A stretch of DNA of 64,000 bases from Carcharhinus longimanus (taxonomy: Eukaryota). The stretch is taken from the NCBI GenBank assembly GCA_030264375.1, contig JASCQW010000137.1, positions 19,371,723 to 19,435,722 on the forward strand, in the 5' to 3' direction. The position numbers and the translations under genes are program-made. The notes under the pieces were generated by a model. That model searched no databases and was not told where the DNA came from. It was given only the letters and a program-made list of their open reading frames with translations. Of the stretch, positions 61,900 to 64,000 are shown one piece after another; the stretch's first letter is position 1; every line of letters starts with the position of its first letter.

Positions 61900-62990
61900 G
61901 CTGGCATCTTCTGTGAATCCAGTCCAGCCATCAAGGTTAACATCATATTTTCTAACATGATTCGTCTTTTGGAGTCTTTCCCTTTTTGTTCCACTGGTGT
62001 CCATCCCATTGCCTGCAGGATGTGTGTTCCTTTTTCTATACCATCTGTCCAATCTCTCATTCCCAGCCCACTTTCTTTCTAATTGGAAATTTGATCACGT
62101 TCATTTTATCACTTCTAATCACTCCTCAATTGTCCTTAAAGCGATGCTTTCAACATTATCATGGTAAGTTACTATTACCATCCAATTTATCCCTTAACTT
62201 GAAAGTTCTGGTCTAATACATGATCACAGCAATACACTTGTGATCTTGTGACCTATGCCATGCACCTCTGGAACTATTGTCCTGAATACTTTGGTAAATA
62301 ATCGATTATTTCCTTGGATATCTCTAAAGTTTCTGACAGAATTTGGCACCATGCACCTTTAAACAAATTACCACCATAATAGCCATCACCAATGTTAATG
62401 TTTTTCCTGTTTCCTCGAGTCTAGATCATTCTACTTTTGGTACAGCTGATGATTTGTGTTTTTCTGTCTTTGACGGCACCACCTTTTGTCCTTAGTCTAT
62501 TACCTCGCCAAACCTTCCCACGTTATATCCACCAATCTTCACCATTACCCACACAGTTTCCAGTAGCTTTCTATTTTAAAATCTCAAATTTATTTATGTC
62601 CAGCAACCCAACTCTACAAATGCGGTGTCTTTGTAAGAACTGAATACTGCTCCCAAACTCATAGGTTCGTTGACTGGATACGAGGAATAGTTTTTCAACC
62701 GGTGCGTAGTTCTTACGTTCTCTTTCGCTTTCACCCCTCCACTCTCGAATATCCTCGTCTTTCTTTGTTTTATCAATACTGTTATGGTCAGCGCTCCTGA
62801 ACATGTTTTACAATTGTTTCTTCAAGTAAACCTTTAAGGATGATCTTTCTGTTGCCGTGAAATCAGAGCCACCACATTCTGTAACCTTGACATACTGTTT
62901 TTCTGTACACAGTGTGAAGAATTTGTAAATCTGTCCCAGCACTGCCATCCTTCCTTCTAAAATATCCGGACTTTCAAAATTTAAGCTTGG
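61900..62990 (-). mobile_element. Old CR1-like LINE fragment (endonuclease to linker region)
   Basis: SADHN (cf. endonuclease SDH motif) in ORF 62571-62804, and F.TLC.E...Q-type residues near 62890-62925. Confidence 0.45.
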
Positions 62991-63000
62991 TTTTACCTAT

Positions 63001-63107
63001 CCAAACAAAAGGAGAAAATGCTGGAAAATCTCATCAGGCCTGACAGCGTCTATAGAGAGAACAGAGCCAACATTTCGGGTCTGTATGATCCTTCGTCAGA
63101 GCTGAAG
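63001..63107 (-). mobile_element. Penelope-type terminal-repeat copy with hammerhead core
   Basis: Minus strand AGCT CTGACGA AGGATC ATACA GACCC GAAA TG TT GGCT (63065-63103). Confidence 0.7.
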
Positions 63108-64000
63108 TTTTACCCATATTTGACCTCATTATTTTCCCGTTTTTCTTTCGGTTTTCCCCAACTTGATGACATCTTGCACTTTAGGCTTTGGCCTAACATG
63201 GTTTCTAATTTTGTTATAAAATATTGGGGATAGATGGATGTCTGATACATTTTATGTAGCACTTAGTATTTCTGGAAGTTATTCAAGCATGAGTTACTGT
63301 CCATTGATAGCTGTCATTTTGTAAGAAAGATGGCCACCCTTTTTCGTACAGCTACAATGACCAGTTAATCTGTGTTAGTGGTACTGGTTGAGAGCAAAGG
63401 GAATTGGCCACTGGGAGGATCCCTTGTTTGTCTACAAATAGTACCAGAGGTACCCGGACAAGCAGACAAGACACCAATTTCCATATCCCAAACAAAGGCA
63501 GCATATTTATCTTGGTTGTTACCTCATTGATCCGAATTATGTGCATGGCAGGGGCTTGAACCTTACGCTCAGTCATAAAACTGAGCCAAGCTGATGTTGA
63601 CAGACACAGCACACCCAAATTATGTCTGTTGTTGTGTACAGTGTATCTGCGCTGGTTGCATATCTGTTGCACTTGTGCTACCTGTATATCTATACATATT
63701 CTACAATGCAGTGGTGTTCGTGGAGCAAACTATATCCCTGCAATATGCTGCACGTCTTCAATGAATACACGCCCCTAGTAGACTGTATATGTGTTGTGTA
63801 TTGGTTAATTAGCCATTTGAATCGGACTAACGGAAAGTCTGGCAAAATGTCGGAAAAGGGGAAGGGGAAATGTCTGTTTTCAAAACTATTGTAAGATTGC
63901 CATATCATGTGTAAAACTGCGGTAGTTGCTGCCCTTGCTGGGATTGAATGCTCAATCGCGTGTATTTCCTATCTTTTTGGGAGTTGCAACATTCTGGCAA

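Overview
Vertebrate genomic DNA, most likely shark/cartilaginous fish, judged from HE1/V-SINE-type SINEs and CR1, L2, RTE, Harbinger and Penelope-type remnants. The window opens inside the last coding exon of TBC1D16 (+, stop at 95-97), followed by its 3' UTR and repeat-rich intergenic DNA. It contains a complete five-exon CBX4 (Polycomb chromobox 4) gene on + (ATG 48852, stop 54227, about 546 aa, with a 10-N gap in exon 5). This TBC1D16-CBX4 order matches human 17q25.3. The most unexpected signal is invisible in the ORF track: a heavily decayed minus-strand gene (about 47.95 kb to 37.6 kb), head-to-head with CBX4. Its hand-translated fragments follow the order TPR repeats, TTC28-like pre-CHAT helix, CHAT domain, second CHAT domain. 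Other notable items are Penelope-type terminal-repeat fragments with minimal hammerhead-ribozyme cores, an RTE LINE with twin-priming-type inversion, an inverted duplication of about 250 bp, a 36-bp minisatellite and a long CpG-retaining domain around CBX4. All homology calls come from manual translation and recalled family motifs, not database searches. Repeat boundaries are approximate.
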